Part shown: positions 1 through 12,528 of the stretch, one piece after another
Layout of the letters: each line of letters opens with the position of its first letter
How positions within the stretch are numbered: position 1 is the stretch's first letter
Source: Octopus sinensis
Lineage: Eukaryota
Direction of reading: 5' to 3'
Assembly (NCBI RefSeq): GCF_006345805.1
Contig: NW_021836169.1
Location: forward strand, 2,628 to 66,627
DNA length: 64,000 nt
Translations under genes and position numbers: made by a program
Notes under the pieces: generated by a model
The model's input: only the letters and a program-made list of their open reading frames with translations
Told to the model about the DNA's origin: nothing
Database searches by the model: none

Positions 1-108
1 GTTCGGGTTCAGTCCACTGCTTGGCACCTGGGCAAGTGTCTTCTACTATAGCCCGGGCCAACAAAAGCCTTGTGAGTGGATTTGGTAAACTCAAAGAAGC
101 CCGTCGTA

Positions 109-159
<51 letters not shown>

Positions 160-365
160 TATGTATGTGTTGGTGTTTGTGTGTCTGTGATTGTCCTCCT
201 AGCATTGCTTGACAACTGATGCTGGTGTGTTTACGTCCCCGTTACTTAGCGGTTCGGCAAAAGAGACCGATAGAGTAAGTACTGGGCTTACAAAAGAGTG
301 CTCGATTAAAGGCGGTGCTCCAGCATGGCCACAGTCAAATGACTGAAACAAGTAAAAGAGAGTAA
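1..365 (+). mobile_element. SINE family 1 (tRNA head + CORE-like segment + internal microsatellite + LINE-like tail), head cut by window edge
   Basis: B-box GTTCAGTCC, CCTGGGCAAGTGTCTTCTACTATAGC, internal (TA)n, tail GGCGGTGCTCCAGCATGGCC...AAGTAAAAGAG; about 30 related copies in the window. Confidence 0.9.
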
Positions 366-532
366 AGAGTGTGGAATCATGAAGATGCCAGAAAAATGGC
401 AAAAGGTCATCGAACAAAAAGGAAAAAATCGAATTGATTAAAATGAATTCTTTGTATGAAAAAAGAATGACTTTTTTTTCACATTGAAAAACCAAAATTT
501 CTTTCTTGTCAACTCAACTTAAGGTTTCTTTT

Positions 533-917
533 GTGGAGGCGCAATGGCCCAGTGGTTAGGGCAGCGGACTCGCAGTCATAGGATCGCGGTTTCGATTCCC
601 AGACCTGGCATTGTGAGTGTTTATTGAGAGAAAACACCTAAAGCTCCACGAGGCTCCTGCAGGGGATGGTGGTGATCCCTGCTGTACTCTTTCACCACAA
701 CTTTCTCTCACTCTTATTCCTGTTTCTGTTTGTACCTGTATTTCAAGGGGCCGGCCTTGTCACTCTCTGTGTCACGCTGAATATCCCGAGAACTACGTTA
801 AGGGTGCACGTGTCTGTGGAGTGCTCAGCCACTTACACGTTAATTTCACGAGCAGGCTGTTCCGTTGATTCGGATCAACCGGAACCCTCGTCGTCGTAAC
901 CGACGGAGTTCTTCCAC
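533..917 (+). mobile_element. SINE family 2, tail type a, full length
   Basis: A-box TGGCCCAGTGG, B-box GGTTTCGATTCC; 12-bp TSD AAGGTTTCTTTT at 521-532 and 918-929; paralog at 55169-55552. Confidence 0.9.
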
Positions 918-999
918 AAGGTTTCTTTTATGAATTACTCAGATATTTTTGGCATAAATAGAGTTGACAGGGACTTCGAAGTTTCACCCTGCAAGCCTT

Positions 1000-1460
1000 C
1001 CTCTGTGTGTGTGTTGTGTATGTGTGTATATGTGTGTGTGTAGGATTGCATGTGTGTGTATGTGTGTGTATGTGAGTGCATGTGTGTATGTGTGAATGTA
1101 TGTGTATTTGTGTGTGTGTGTACATGTGTGTGTGTGTACATGTGTGTGTGTGTACATGTGTGTGTGTGTGTACATGTGTGTGTGTGTACATGTGTGTGTG
1201 TGTGAGTTTATGTGTGTGTATGTGTGCATATGTGTATGTGTGTCTGTATGTGAATGCATGTATGTGTGTGTGTACATCTGTGTATGTATGTGTATGTGTG
1301 TGTACAAGTATTTGTATGTGTGTGTATGTGTGTCTGCGAATGCATGTGTGTATGGATGCATGTGTGTATGTGTGTCTGTGAATGCATGTGTGTATGTGTG
1401 TATGGATGCGTGTGTGTATGTGTGTCTGTGAATGCATGGTGTGTGTGTGTGTGTGCATAG
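1000..1460. repeat. Degenerate (TG)n/(TGTA)n microsatellite; representative of dozens of CA/TA/TATC tracts
   Basis: Directly visible; source of the spurious HT-, CV- and IY-rich ORFs. Confidence 0.95.
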
Positions 1461-2004
1461 ACAATGAGGGAGTGGAACAGACAGACGAGCTGCCCTGTAA
1501 ACCCTGTAAGGTTTATAGTGCTACAATTACAAGATCCCTTTAACAGAAATAGGGGTCTGTGTGATGAGTAAACAGCAGGGGATGAAGAGGGGACTATCTG
1601 ATCCTTATCCTGCCTGCCTTTGCTGGTCTACCCCCCACCCCCCACCCCCTGGTTGCCAGTCTGTCTGTGTGTCCCCTTCCGCTCCCTCTCCTCTCTGGAG
1701 TGAAACATCTAACATTGTTTGTAAACAGGTGTAACAGGGTCCCAGGGCCCCTTTCGTGCCCCCCCCCCCCCCGCTCCTAATTCCCCCTTTCTACCACACC
1801 CCTGGGTTGTTGATAAACATCATCACCATCAGCGTCAGCATTGCCAACATGATATGGTGACCCGGGGGGGGGGGGGCTACTCCACCCACCCCCACCCGCC
1901 TCCTTCTACTCAGCTGTGTGTGTGTGTGTGTGTATGAGTATGAATGAGTGTTGAAAGAGAGAGAGAGGGAAAGAAGTGTTTGTGTAGACATACACACACA
2001 CACA

Positions 2005-2148
2005 GGAGTGGCTGTGTGGTAAGTAGCTTGTTTACCAACCACATGGTTCCAGGTTCAGTCCCACTGCGTGACACCTTGAGCAAGTGTCTTCTACTATAGC
2101 CTCGGGCAGACCAAAGTAGACTTGTTAGACGGAAACTGAAAGAAACCC

Positions 2149-2180
<32 letters not shown>

Positions 2181-2690
2181 CATATGTGTGTGTGTGTGTG
2201 TGTGGAGGCCCAGTGGTTAGGGCAGCGGACTCGTGGTCGTAGGATCGCGGTTTCGATTCCCAGACCGGGCACTGTGAGTGTTTATTTAGCGAAAACACCT
2301 AAAGCTCCTCGAGGCTCCGGCAGGGGGTGGTGGCGACCCCTACTGTACTCTTTCGCCACAACTTTCTCTCACTCTTCCTTCTATTGGCCTGTTCGCTTAG
2401 CCAGCGGGGTGGCATCATTCGAAGGCTAAAGCAATGCGAAGAGCATTGTGACTAGCGATGTGTAACAACATCTGATAGCCTGGTCGGTCACGGTGATCAT
2501 GGTGATATATAGATATACACACACACACATATATATATATATATGTATGTATTTGTATGTCTGTGTTTGTCCCTCCACCATTGCTTGACAACCGATGCTG
2601 GTGTCTTTATGTCCCCATAACCTAGCGGTTCAGTAAAAAAGACCAATAGAATAAGTACTAGGCTTACAAAGAATAAGTCCTGGGGTAGAT
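2005..2690 (+). mobile_element. SINE family 1 copy split by a SINE family 2 insertion in its internal microsatellite
   Basis: Head at 2005-2148, tail half at 2540-2690, family-2 copy between them. Confidence 0.8.
2202..2507 (+). mobile_element. SINE family 2, tail type b
   Basis: Same head as 533; tail GCTTAGCCAGCGGGGTGGC...GGTCACGGTGAT shared with 20016-20215 and 63205-63405. Confidence 0.85.
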
Positions 2691-2768
2691 AGACAGACAG
2701 ACAGACAGATAGATAGGGAGAGAGAAAGGCAAAGAGATAAATAGAGAGATATAGACAGATAGCTAGCT

Positions 2769-2800
<32 letters not shown>

Positions 2801-2804
2801 AGCC

Positions 2805-2841
<37 letters not shown>

Positions 2842-3070
2842 GGCAGGCGTAGACGTAGATATGCCAAGAGAGAGAAAACTTAGAAAATTAAGCGACTTTA
2901 ACCTGTAATCCATTCAACACACACACACACACAGAGGTGTACATATGATATGTATGCTTTACATTTAGGGGTTAGGGGTTTAGGGGCCACAGAACTCTGT
3001 GTAAAGGATACAAATGTTTTCTGCCCCAGAAAGCAGACAGCCAGGGATCAACTTCAGGTGTAATTGGAGA

Positions 3071-3108
<38 letters not shown>

Positions 3109-3199
3109 TCGCATGCACACATACATACACACACATACAAATACACACACATATACAAATATACACACCTATTCACACACATATAGTCACATGCACACA

Positions 3200-3560
3200 C
3201 ACACACACCACACACATATACACACATCCACAAATACACACACCACACACATATATACACATGCACACATACACCACACGCATACACATACACACACATA
3301 CACAAATACACACACCACACACATATATACACATGCACACATACACCACACGCATACACATACACACACATACACAAATACACACACCACACACATATAT
3401 ACACATGCACACAACACACACACGCATACACATACACACACATACACAAATACACACCACACACACATATAACACATGCACACATACACCACACGCATAC
3501 ACATACACACACATACACAAATACACACACCACACATGTACATACATACACATATACACA
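3200..3560. repeat. About 70-bp CA-rich minisatellite, about 5 copies
   Basis: Repeated CACATATATACACATGCACACATACACCACACGCATAC...AAATACACACCAC. Confidence 0.8.
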
Positions 3561-3994
3561 CACACCACACACACCTCACACACACACACACATACACACA
3601 CATCTTTTAACTTTCACTTGTTTCAATCATTGGACAGCAGCCATACTGCATTTGTGTGTGTGTGTGTGGTGTGCATGTGGTAGTGTGTGTATGTGTGTGT
3701 GTGTGTGTGTGGTAGTGTGTGTGTGTGTGTGTGCATGTGGTAGTGTGTGTGTGTATGTGGTAGTGTGTGCGTGTGTGTGTGTGTGTGTGTGTGCGTGTGG
3801 TAGGTGTGTGTATGTGTGTGTGCATGTGGTAGTGTGTGCGTGTGTGTGTGTGTGTGTGTGGTAGTGTGTGTGTGTGTGTGTGCATGTGGTAGTGTGGTGT
3901 GTGTATGTGGTAGTGTGTGTGTGTATGTGTACACCTGTCCACGCATGAATACGTATGTGCACCCATGCACATGTATGAGGGCTGTACATGTAAA

Positions 3995-4178
3995 GTTCAC
4001 AGGTTAACCAAGATACTGTCATGGTATGTAACCCGGCCCCTCTTGTGCCCCACACACTTCTTCTATCATTGTTGCAGTGTTTGGGTCCCATTGATGAAGA
4101 AGAATCCATCCTGTTGGTCAGAAAAGTCCTCAACGGCAGGCATGACATGATCTTCACTGTGATAATGGTTCCCAGCCA
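3995..4178 (-). pseudogene. Mariner transposase C-terminal remnant
   Basis: Minus frame AGNHYHSEDHVMPAVEDFSDQQDGFFFINGTQTLQQ**KKCV resembles the mariner C-terminus (G..F....V..AV..F...QD..FF..GI..L..RW.KCV). Confidence 0.75.
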
Positions 4179-4190
4179 AGTGGGGTTTTT

Positions 4191-4535
4191 TTCTTTTATA
4201 TCGACCCCAGGACTTATTCTTTGTAAGCCCAGTACTTATTCTATCGGTCTCTTTTGCCGGACCGCTAAGTTACAGGGACGTAAACACACCAGCATCGGTT
4301 GTCAAGCAATGCTAGGGGGACAAACACAGACACACAAACATATGCACACACATATATATATATATTCATCTATATGACGGGCTTCTTTCAGTTTCCGTCT
4401 ACCAAATCCACTCACAAGGCTTTGGTCGGCCCGAGGCTATAGCAGAAGACACTTGCCCAAGGTGCCATGCAGTGGGACTGAATTCGGAACCATGTGGCTG
4501 GTAAACAAACTGCTTACCACACAGCCACTCCTGCG

Positions 4536-4538
<3 letters not shown>
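4191..4538 (-). mobile_element. SINE family 1
   Basis: Reverse complement of the family consensus, head ending ...CAGCCACTCCTGCGCC. Confidence 0.9.
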
Positions 4539-4581
<43 letters not shown>

Positions 4582-4584
<3 letters not shown>

Positions 4585-4860
4585 TATTATAAAAGGCAGA
4601 TTTTATCTGCCTCCCTTTGGGAGTTATACAAATCTACAATATAGGATTTCTTCAATTACAATTTACCTGGCATTTTTAAGAGTACAATGCATCGCGTCAT
4701 GCCAGGTCCAGTTTTTAAAATTTAAACTCCAATTAAGCAAAATTTACAGAAAACTCACATTCTGGTGTGTGTGTCAAATGCTTTTCTTAGTCTGGTTTAC
4801 ACCACACGCAAACGCACACACACACTGTGTAATGAATAAAATGAAACTAGATGTAATATT
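4582..4860 (+). mobile_element. Non-autonomous Helitron family B, 5' part
   Basis: A|TCTTATTATAAAAGGCAG start inside (TA)n; homologous to 6363-6640; no CTAG end found. Confidence 0.7.
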
Positions 4861-5339
4861 TGTTTCTCTCTATCACGCTGATAGATACATGAGTAAAATG
4901 TATGGGAAGCTAACACATAAGTGTGAGTGTGAAAATGTTCTTGGAAGAGAGTAAATAGCCAGAGATAGTGATTTGAGGAGGACTTTACATTAAATAACCG
5001 TAGTGGCTTGTGGTTAGTAATAAAGTAAACATACACTCATACACATACATACATACATACATACATACATACTACACACATACATACATACATACACACA
5101 CACATACATACACACATACATACATACATACATATACATACATACATACATACACACACATACACACACACACAGTATTGAAGCTTGAGAACAATCAGAT
5201 ACATTGCAACACATCTGTTGAAAATATTATTGTTCACACACATACATAACATATACATACAGACAGACAGACAGATAGACACACACACACACACACATGA
5301 TCCAGCATGACCACACCTCAGGCTGAAACATATAAAAGA

Positions 5340-5722
5340 ATAACAGAATATAAATGTGTGCAAAGTACAAGAAATATTAATGCAGTATATGGGGATTGGA
5401 CAATAAGCGTAAGGCAGTGTCAATGGTGGTTCCAGAAATTCCGAGCCATAAACTACAGCCTAGAAGACGAGCCTCATCCTGAAAGATCTGTAGAACTCGA
5501 CAAGGACATCCTGAAAACCATGGTGGAACAAAATATCATCGTAACTGTTGAGGAACTAGCAGAGAAGCTTGGATTTGGTCATTCAACCATTCATTGAGAC
5601 CTGTGTGCTATCGGAAAAGTCAGCAAATTGGGTCAATGGGTTCCTCACGAACTTTCCGAGTCTAATTGCATGCAGAGAGTGAATGTATGCTTTTCTTTGC
5701 TGTCACATCTCACCACTACTGC
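5340..5722 (+). pseudogene. Mariner transposase N-terminal (HTH) remnant, truncated by a Helitron
   Basis: Translation ...RQCQWWFQKFR..NYSLEDEPHPERSVELD...HSTIH*DLCAIGKVSKLGQWVPHELS contains the WVPHEL motif. Confidence 0.9.
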
Positions 5723-5732
5723 GCTATGTATA

Positions 5733-6362
5733 TCTATATATATAAAACTGTAGTTGTGTGAGTGTCTGTCCCCTTCGATTTAGATTCCTAACTACTCCCA
5801 CATTTTGCGGTGCAGTTTAACCAAATTCGGGTATCTTATAGTCGTGATTAATATCGAGCCCGTCTGAGTATTAGCGCGCGTCTACGATGAGTCTACGATT
5901 TTAAAAATAATTTAACATCATTTTTTATTCCATTTTAATGCATAATTTTTCGTGTGTCGATGGCGGCAGAGTTGGCGTCCACGCTCACACCTGCACCTGT
6001 GGGGAAGGGAGTGTAAGGAAATCAACGTCGTAATGCGTTGTCAAGGAGACCAGCGTTCTTTTAGAACAACGACTTCATGGCTTGAAGACACCAAAACAGA
6101 AATGGCTAAGAAAGCGTCTACATGAGTCTACGATTTAAAAAAAAATTACCATCGTTTTTTCCATTTTAATGCATTTTTTCGCTATTATATAAGGAAGTAA
6201 CTCTCTAAAAATGTCTACGATGAGTCAACGATTTAAAAAAAATTTACCATCATATTTTTTCCATTTTAATGCATTTTTGCTATTTTTTGGCTATAACTCT
6301 CTAAAAATGCTTATATAGTTATTTCCCTTACAAACCCGAGCAACGCCGGGCGATACTGCTAG
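5733..6362 (+). mobile_element. Non-autonomous Helitron family A
   Basis: 5' A|TCTATATATATAAAA; 3' hairpin CCCG-agcaacgc-CGGG (6335-6350) then CTAG (6359-6362); internal segment GTCTACGATGAGTCTACGATTT repeated about 3 times. Confidence 0.85.
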
Positions 6363-7310
6363 TCTTATTATAAAAGGCAGATTTTATCTGCCTCCCTTTG
6401 TCAGTTATAGAAATCTACAATATAGGATTTCTTCAATTACAATTTACCTAGCATTTTTAAGAGTAGAATGCATCGGGTCGTGCCAGGTCCACTTTTTAAA
6501 ATTTCAACCCCAATTAAGCAAAATTTAGAGAAAATTCACATTGTGGTGTATGAGTCAAATGCTTCTCTTAGTGTGGGATACAGCACACACAAACGCACAC
6601 ACACAGTGTGCAACAAATAAAGCGAAAGTAATTCACTTTCTGTAGTGAGTGACTCTTTCACTCTGCCTCCCACTTCCTCTTTACACACATAGACACGCAA
6701 ATATATAAATAAAATTGTAAGCTAACGTGCGTGTGTGTGTGTGTGTGTGCGTGTGTGTGTGTGAGGGTGCGTGTGTGTGCGTGTGCGTGAGTGTGTGACA
6801 GGAAAGTTTTTTAGGACGAATATAAGACCTATATCCAAGTAGCAGAAAGATCGCCCAAAAGTGTATATAGATATTTAAATGTATTTATATATTCATCTAT
6901 ACACAGATGTATGTATAACGTGTGTGTATATATTTCTATAGACGTAACCATTCACTCCGCACAAAGTTTTTAGGACGAAAATAAGATCTAAAGTTATCTC
7001 TAAGTAGCACAAAGATCGCCCAAAAGTGTATATAGATATATAAATGTATTTATATATTCATCTATGCACACATGTATGTATAACGTGTGTGTATATATTT
7101 CCATAGAGGTAACCATTCACTCCATACAAAGTTTTTTAGGACGAAAATAAGATCTAAAGTTATCTCTAAGAAACAGAAAGATCGCCCAAAAGTGTATGTA
7201 GATATTTAATGTATTTATATATTCATCTATATACACATGTATGTATAATGTGCGTGTGTATATATTCCATAGAGGTAACCATTCAATCCATACAAAGTTT
7301 TTTAGACGAA
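6363..7310 (+). mobile_element. Helitron family B 5' part with internal tandem repeat, fused directly to the preceding CTAG
   Basis: Junction CTAG|TCTTATTATAAAAGG; matches 4582. Confidence 0.75.
6803..7310. repeat. 3 x 160-166-bp tandem repeat
   Basis: Unit starts AAAGTTTTT(T)AG at 6803, 6963, 7128, 7294. Confidence 0.9.
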
Positions 7311-7313
7311 AAT

Positions 7314-8159
7314 ATTTATATATAAAAGAAAGGTGTGTGTCTGTCTACTCCGATGTAGATTCCTAACTACTCCCACATTTTGCGATGCATGTTTAACCAA
7401 AACCGGGTATCTTATAGTCGTCATTCATATCGAGCCCTTCTGGGTATTAGCGCGTGTCTACGATGAGTCTATGATTTTACAAATAATTTACCATCATTTT
7501 TTTCCATTTTAATGCATATTTTTTTAAATAAAAGGAAGTAACTCTCAAACTTCACACCAATATGCGTGCTCATATGCGACGTAATATCACATCAACAGCA
7601 TTTCCTCACACCCTCCTTGCACTTGGCGAAGGCAAAATACCAGGGGATGAAAATGGTAATATTGCCATCGATTCCATTTGTACCATTGTTAAGACGCCTT
7701 CTGATCTCAGAGATGCAGTGTTCCCAGATCTACAAGCTAATTATCAGAATATGGATTGGATTGGCAAAAAGGCTATACTGGCCCCGAGGAATAAAACTGT
7801 TCACCATATTAATGATGAAATGCTAAAACTCATTCCTGGGGAAGTCTATGTATATCAGTCTATCGATACAACTCCTGACCCAGAGGACATCATCAACTAT
7901 CCAATAGAGGTACTCAATTCCTTTGAGCACCCCGGACTACCACCACACTTTCTCAAACTTAAAGTTGGTGCCCCTATAATGCTCATCAGAAATTTGGTTC
8001 CCCCAAAACAATGCAATGGCACACGCTTGATCGTTAAGTCCTTATCTCCCACTTTAAACTTATATCAATATTTGCCTGGATAATCATCATAATTCAGTGC
8101 AATCATTAACAGTACTTTCAAGCAATTCAGCCCCGAGCAACGCCGGGCAATTCTGCTAG
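7314..8159 (+). mobile_element. Helitron with family-A 5' end, helicase fragment and canonical 3' end
   Basis: 5' region homologous to 5733 and 11833; 3' CCCGAGCAACGCCGGG...CTAG at 8156-8159. Confidence 0.8.
7547..8083 (+). pseudogene. Helitron RepHel PIF1-type helicase fragment
   Basis: KLHTNMR...LLALGEG...AILAPRNKTVHHIN...IPGE...NYPIEVLNS...GLPPHFLKLKVGAPIMLIRNL.PP..CNGTRL, typical Helitron helicase motifs; incomplete. Confidence 0.9.
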
Positions 8160-8160
8160 T

Positions 8161-11100
8161 ATATATATATATATAAACGGCAAAATGTGTGTGTCCTTTA
8201 TACAAATCCACAATTTTTCAGTTAGAGGGCTCGCACCTTCTATGGTCATTCAAAACCGTCCAAGGGTGGTCGTGCACATCTTTACATTTCCCCAGTCACC
8301 CCTCAAAGCCATTAAATATATCTATAAACGGAAAAATGTCTGTGTGTGTGTCCTTTATACAAATCCACAATTTTTCAGTTAGAGGGATCGCACCTTCTAT
8401 GGTCATTCAAAACCGTCCAAGGGTGGTCGTGCACATCTTTACATTTCCCCAGTCACCCCTCAAAGCCATTAAATATATCTATAAACGGCAAAATGTCTGT
8501 GTGTGTGTCCTTTATACAAATCCACAATTATTCAGTTAGAGGGATCGCACCTTCTATGGTCATTCAAAACCGTCCAAGGGTGGTCGTGCACATCTTTACA
8601 TTTCCCCAGTCACCCCTCAAAGCCATTAAATATATCTATAAACGGCAAAATGTCTGTGTGTGTGTCCTTTATACAAATCCACAATTTTTCAGTTAGAGGG
8701 ATCGCACCTTCTATGGTCATTCAAAACCGTCCAAGGGTGGTCGTGCACATCTTTACATTTCCCCAGTCACCCCTCAAAGCCATTAAATATATCTATAAAC
8801 GGCAAAATGTCTGTGTGTGTGTCCTTTATACAAATCCACAATTTTTCAGTTAGAGGGATCGCACCTTCTATGGTCATTCAAAACCGTCCAAGGGTGGTCG
8901 TGCACATCTTTACATTTCCCCAGTCACCCCTCAAAGCCATTAAATATATCTATAAACGGCAAAATGTCTGTGTGTGGTGTCCTTTATACAAATCCACAAT
9001 TTTTCAGTTAGAGGGGTCGCACCTTCTATGTCATTCAAAACCGTCCAAGGGTGGTCGTGCACATCTTTACATTTCCCCAGTCACCCCTCAAAGCCATTAA
9101 ATATATCTATAAACGGCAAAATGTCTGTGTGTGTGTCCTATATACAAATCCACATTTTTCAGTTAGAGGGATCGCATCTTCTATGGTCATTCAAAACCGT
9201 CCAAGGGTGGTCGTGCACATCTTTACATTTCCCCAGTCACCCCTCAAAGCCATTAATATATCTATAAACGGCAAAATGTCTGTGTGTGTGTCCTTTATAC
9301 AAATCCACAATTTTTCAGTTAGAGGGATCGCACCTCTATGGTCATTCAAAACCGTCCAAGGTTGGTCGTGCACATCTTTACATTTCCCCAGTCACCCCTC
9401 AAAGCCATTAAATATATCTATAAACGGCAAAATGTCTGTGTGTGTGTCCTTTATACAAATCCACATTTTTCAGTTAGAGGATCGCACCTTCTATGGTCAT
9501 TCAAAACCCTCCAGGGGTGGTCGTACACATCTTTACATTTCCCCAGTCACCCCTCAAGCCATTAAATATATCTATAAACGGCAAAATGTCTGTGTGTGTG
9601 TCCTTTATACAAATCCACAATTTTTCAGTTAGAGGGATCGCACCTTCTATGGTCATTCAAAACCGTCCAAGGGGGTCGTGCACATCTTTACATTTCCCCA
9701 GTCACCCCTCAAAGCCATTAAATATCTATAAACGGCAAAATGTCTGTGTGTGTGTCCTTTATACAAATCCACAATTTTTCAGTTAGAGGGATCGCACCTT
9801 CTATGGTCATTCAAAACCGTCCAAGGGTGGTCGTGCACATCTTTACATTTCCCCAGTCACCCCTCAAAGCCATTAAATATATCTATAAACGGCAAAATGT
9901 CTGTGTGTGTGTCCTTTATACAAATCCACAATTATTCAGTTAGAGGGATCGCACCTTCTATGGTCATTCAAAACCCTCCAGGGGTGGTCGTGCACATCTT
10001 TACATTTCCCCAGTCACCCCTCAAAGCCATTAAATATATCTATAAACGGCAAAATGTCTGTGTGTGTGTCCTTTATACAAATCCACAATTATTCAGTTAG
10101 AGGGATCGCACCTTCTATGGTCATTCAAAACCGTCCAAGGGTGGTCGTGCACATCTTTATATTTCCCCAGTCACCCCTCAAAGCCATTAAATATATCTAT
10201 AAACGGCAAAATGTCTGTGTGTGTGTCCTTTATACAAATCCACAATTTTTCAGTTAGAGGGATCGCACCTTCTATGGTCATTCAAAACTGTCCAGGGGTG
10301 GTCGTGCACATCTTTACATTTCCCCAGTCACCCCTCAAAGCCATTAAATATATCTATAAACTATAAACGCAAAATTCTGTGTGTGTGTCCTTTATACAAA
10401 TCCACAATTTTTCAGTTAGAGGGATCGCACGCACCTTCTATGGTCATTCAAAACCGTCCAAGGGTGGTCGTGCACATCTTATATTTCCCCAGTCACCCCT
10501 CAAAGCCATAAATATATCTATAACGGCAAAATGTCTGTGTGTGTGTCCTTTATACAAATCCACAATTTTTCAGTTAGAGGGATCGCACCTTCTATGGTCA
10601 TTCAAAACCGTCCAAGGGTGGTCGTGCACATCTTTACATTTCCCCAGTCACCCCTCAAAGCCATTAAATATATCTATAAACGGCAAAATGTCTGTGTGTG
10701 TGTCCTTTATACAAATCACAATTATTCAGTTAGAGGGATCGCACCTTATATGGTCATTCAAAACCGTCCAACGGGTGGTTCGTGCAAATCTTTACATTTC
10801 CCCAGTCACCCCTCAAAGCCATTAAATATATCTATAACGGCAAAATGTCTGTGTGTGTGTCCTTTATACAAATCCAAATTTTCAGTTAGAGGGATCCGCA
10901 CCTTCTATGTCATTCAAAACTGTCCAGGGGTGGTCGTGACACATCTTTACATTTCCCCAGTCACCCCTCAAAGCTATTAAATATATCTATAAACGGCAAA
11001 ATGTCTGTGTGTGTGTCCTTTATACAAATCCACAATTTTTCAGTTAGAGGGATTCGCACCTTCTATGGTCATTCAAAACCGTCCAAGGGTGGTCTGGCAC

Positions 11101-11612
11101 ATTCTTTACATTTCCCCAGTCACCCCTCAAAGCCATTAAATATATCTTAAACGGCAAAATGTCTGTTGTGTGTGTCCTTTATACAAATCCACAATTTTTC
11201 AGTTAGAGGGCTCGCACTTTCTATGGTCATTCAAAACTGTCCAGGGGTGGTCCGTGAACATCTTTACATTTCCCCAGTCACCCCTCAAAGCCATTAAATA
11301 TATCTATAAACGGCAAAAAGTTGTGTGTGTGTCCTTTATACAAATCCACAATTTTTCAGTTAGTAGGTAGAGGGATCGCACCTTCTATGGTCATTCAAAA
11401 CCGTCCAAGGGTGGTCGTGCACATCTTTACATTTCCCCAGTCACCCCTCAAAGCCATTAAATATATCTATTAAACGGCAAAATGTCTGTGTGTGTGTCCT
11501 TTATACAAATCCACAATTTTTCAGTTAGAGGGCTCGCACTTTCTATGGTCATTTAAAACCGTCCAAGGGTGGTCGTGCACATCTTTACATTTCCCCAGTC
11601 ACCCCACAGAAC
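8161..11612 (+). repeat. 22 x about 157-bp satellite
   Basis: Unit TCTATAAACGGCAAAATGTCTGTGTG...AAAGCCATTAAATATA; starts at about 8171, 8321, 8478, 8635 ... 11302, 11464. Confidence 0.97.
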
Positions 11613-11822
11613 CATTAAAAAATCAATAGAAGTGACTTTTTTGTGAATTTTCTATCCAAAACCCAATCAAAATGCCCAAAACTTGATACGCCAATTGAAT
11701 GCCAGCTAGCTGTATGTGATTGGTCGGAGATTTGGACAGTACTCGCGTGTATGTGTGCATGCACGCAGCTGTATATGCATGCACTAGCACTATGATCCAG
11801 CAACGCCGGGTCATTATGCTAG
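8161..11822 (+). mobile_element. Helitron family C with a tandemly amplified 5' end
   Basis: The last unit continues into unique sequence ending CCAGCAACGCCGGG...CTAG (11819-11822); the unit start resembles Helitron 5' TCTATA...TGTGTGTC ends. Confidence 0.7.
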
Positions 11823-11832
11823 TGTATATATA

Positions 11833-12131
11833 TCTTTTTATATAAACTAAAGTTGTGTGTGTCTGTCTACTCCAATTTAGATTCCTAACTACTCCCACAT
11901 TTTGCGGTGCAGTTTAACCAAAAGCGGGTATCTTATAGTCGTGATTCATATCGAGCCCTTCTGGGTATTAGCGCGCGTCTACGATGAGTCTACAATTTTA
12001 AAAAAATTTACCATCATTTTTCCGTACTTTTAATAATTTTTGCTCGGGTTATATAAGGGAAGTAACACTCTAAAAATTTTTATATAGTTATTTCCGTTAC
12101 AAACCCGAGCAATGCCGGGCGATACTGCTAG
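11833..12131 (+). mobile_element. Short Helitron family A
   Basis: A|TC start, hairpin CCCG...CGGG, CTAG at 12128-12131. Confidence 0.85.
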
Positions 12132-12136
12132 TATAT

Positions 12137-12190
<54 letters not shown>

Positions 12191-12476
12191 ATATATATAA
12201 TATATATATAGGTATGTTGGTGCAAACAGGAAAAATAGAACTCCAAATATGAGTATATGTATATATGACTCAAGGGTCAAGTGTTACATGCCTTGGCACT
12301 ACTTATCCTATGTTGGTGTGTTTACGTCCCCGTAACTTAGCGGTTCGGCAAAAGAGATCGATAGAATAAGTGCTGGGCTTAGAAAGAATAAGTCCTGGGG
12401 TCGATTTGCTCGACTAAAGACGGTGCTCCAGTATGGCCACAAGTCAAATGACTGAAACAAGTAAAAGAGTAAAGGC

Positions 12477-12528
<52 letters not shown>

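Noticed and set aside
533-610. tRNA genes at SINE heads
   Set aside because: A/B boxes are present, but each continues into a SINE body, in some copies with a TSD; no complete cloverleaf supported.
928-3972. Many HT/CV/IY-rich ORFs here and throughout the track
   Set aside because: Translations of (CA)n, (TG)n and (TA)n microsatellites, which lack stop codons.
8161-11612. CRISPR array or repeat-protein gene
   Set aside because: No unique spacers; 157 is not a multiple of 3 and ORFs shift frame each unit; no hammerhead core on either strand.
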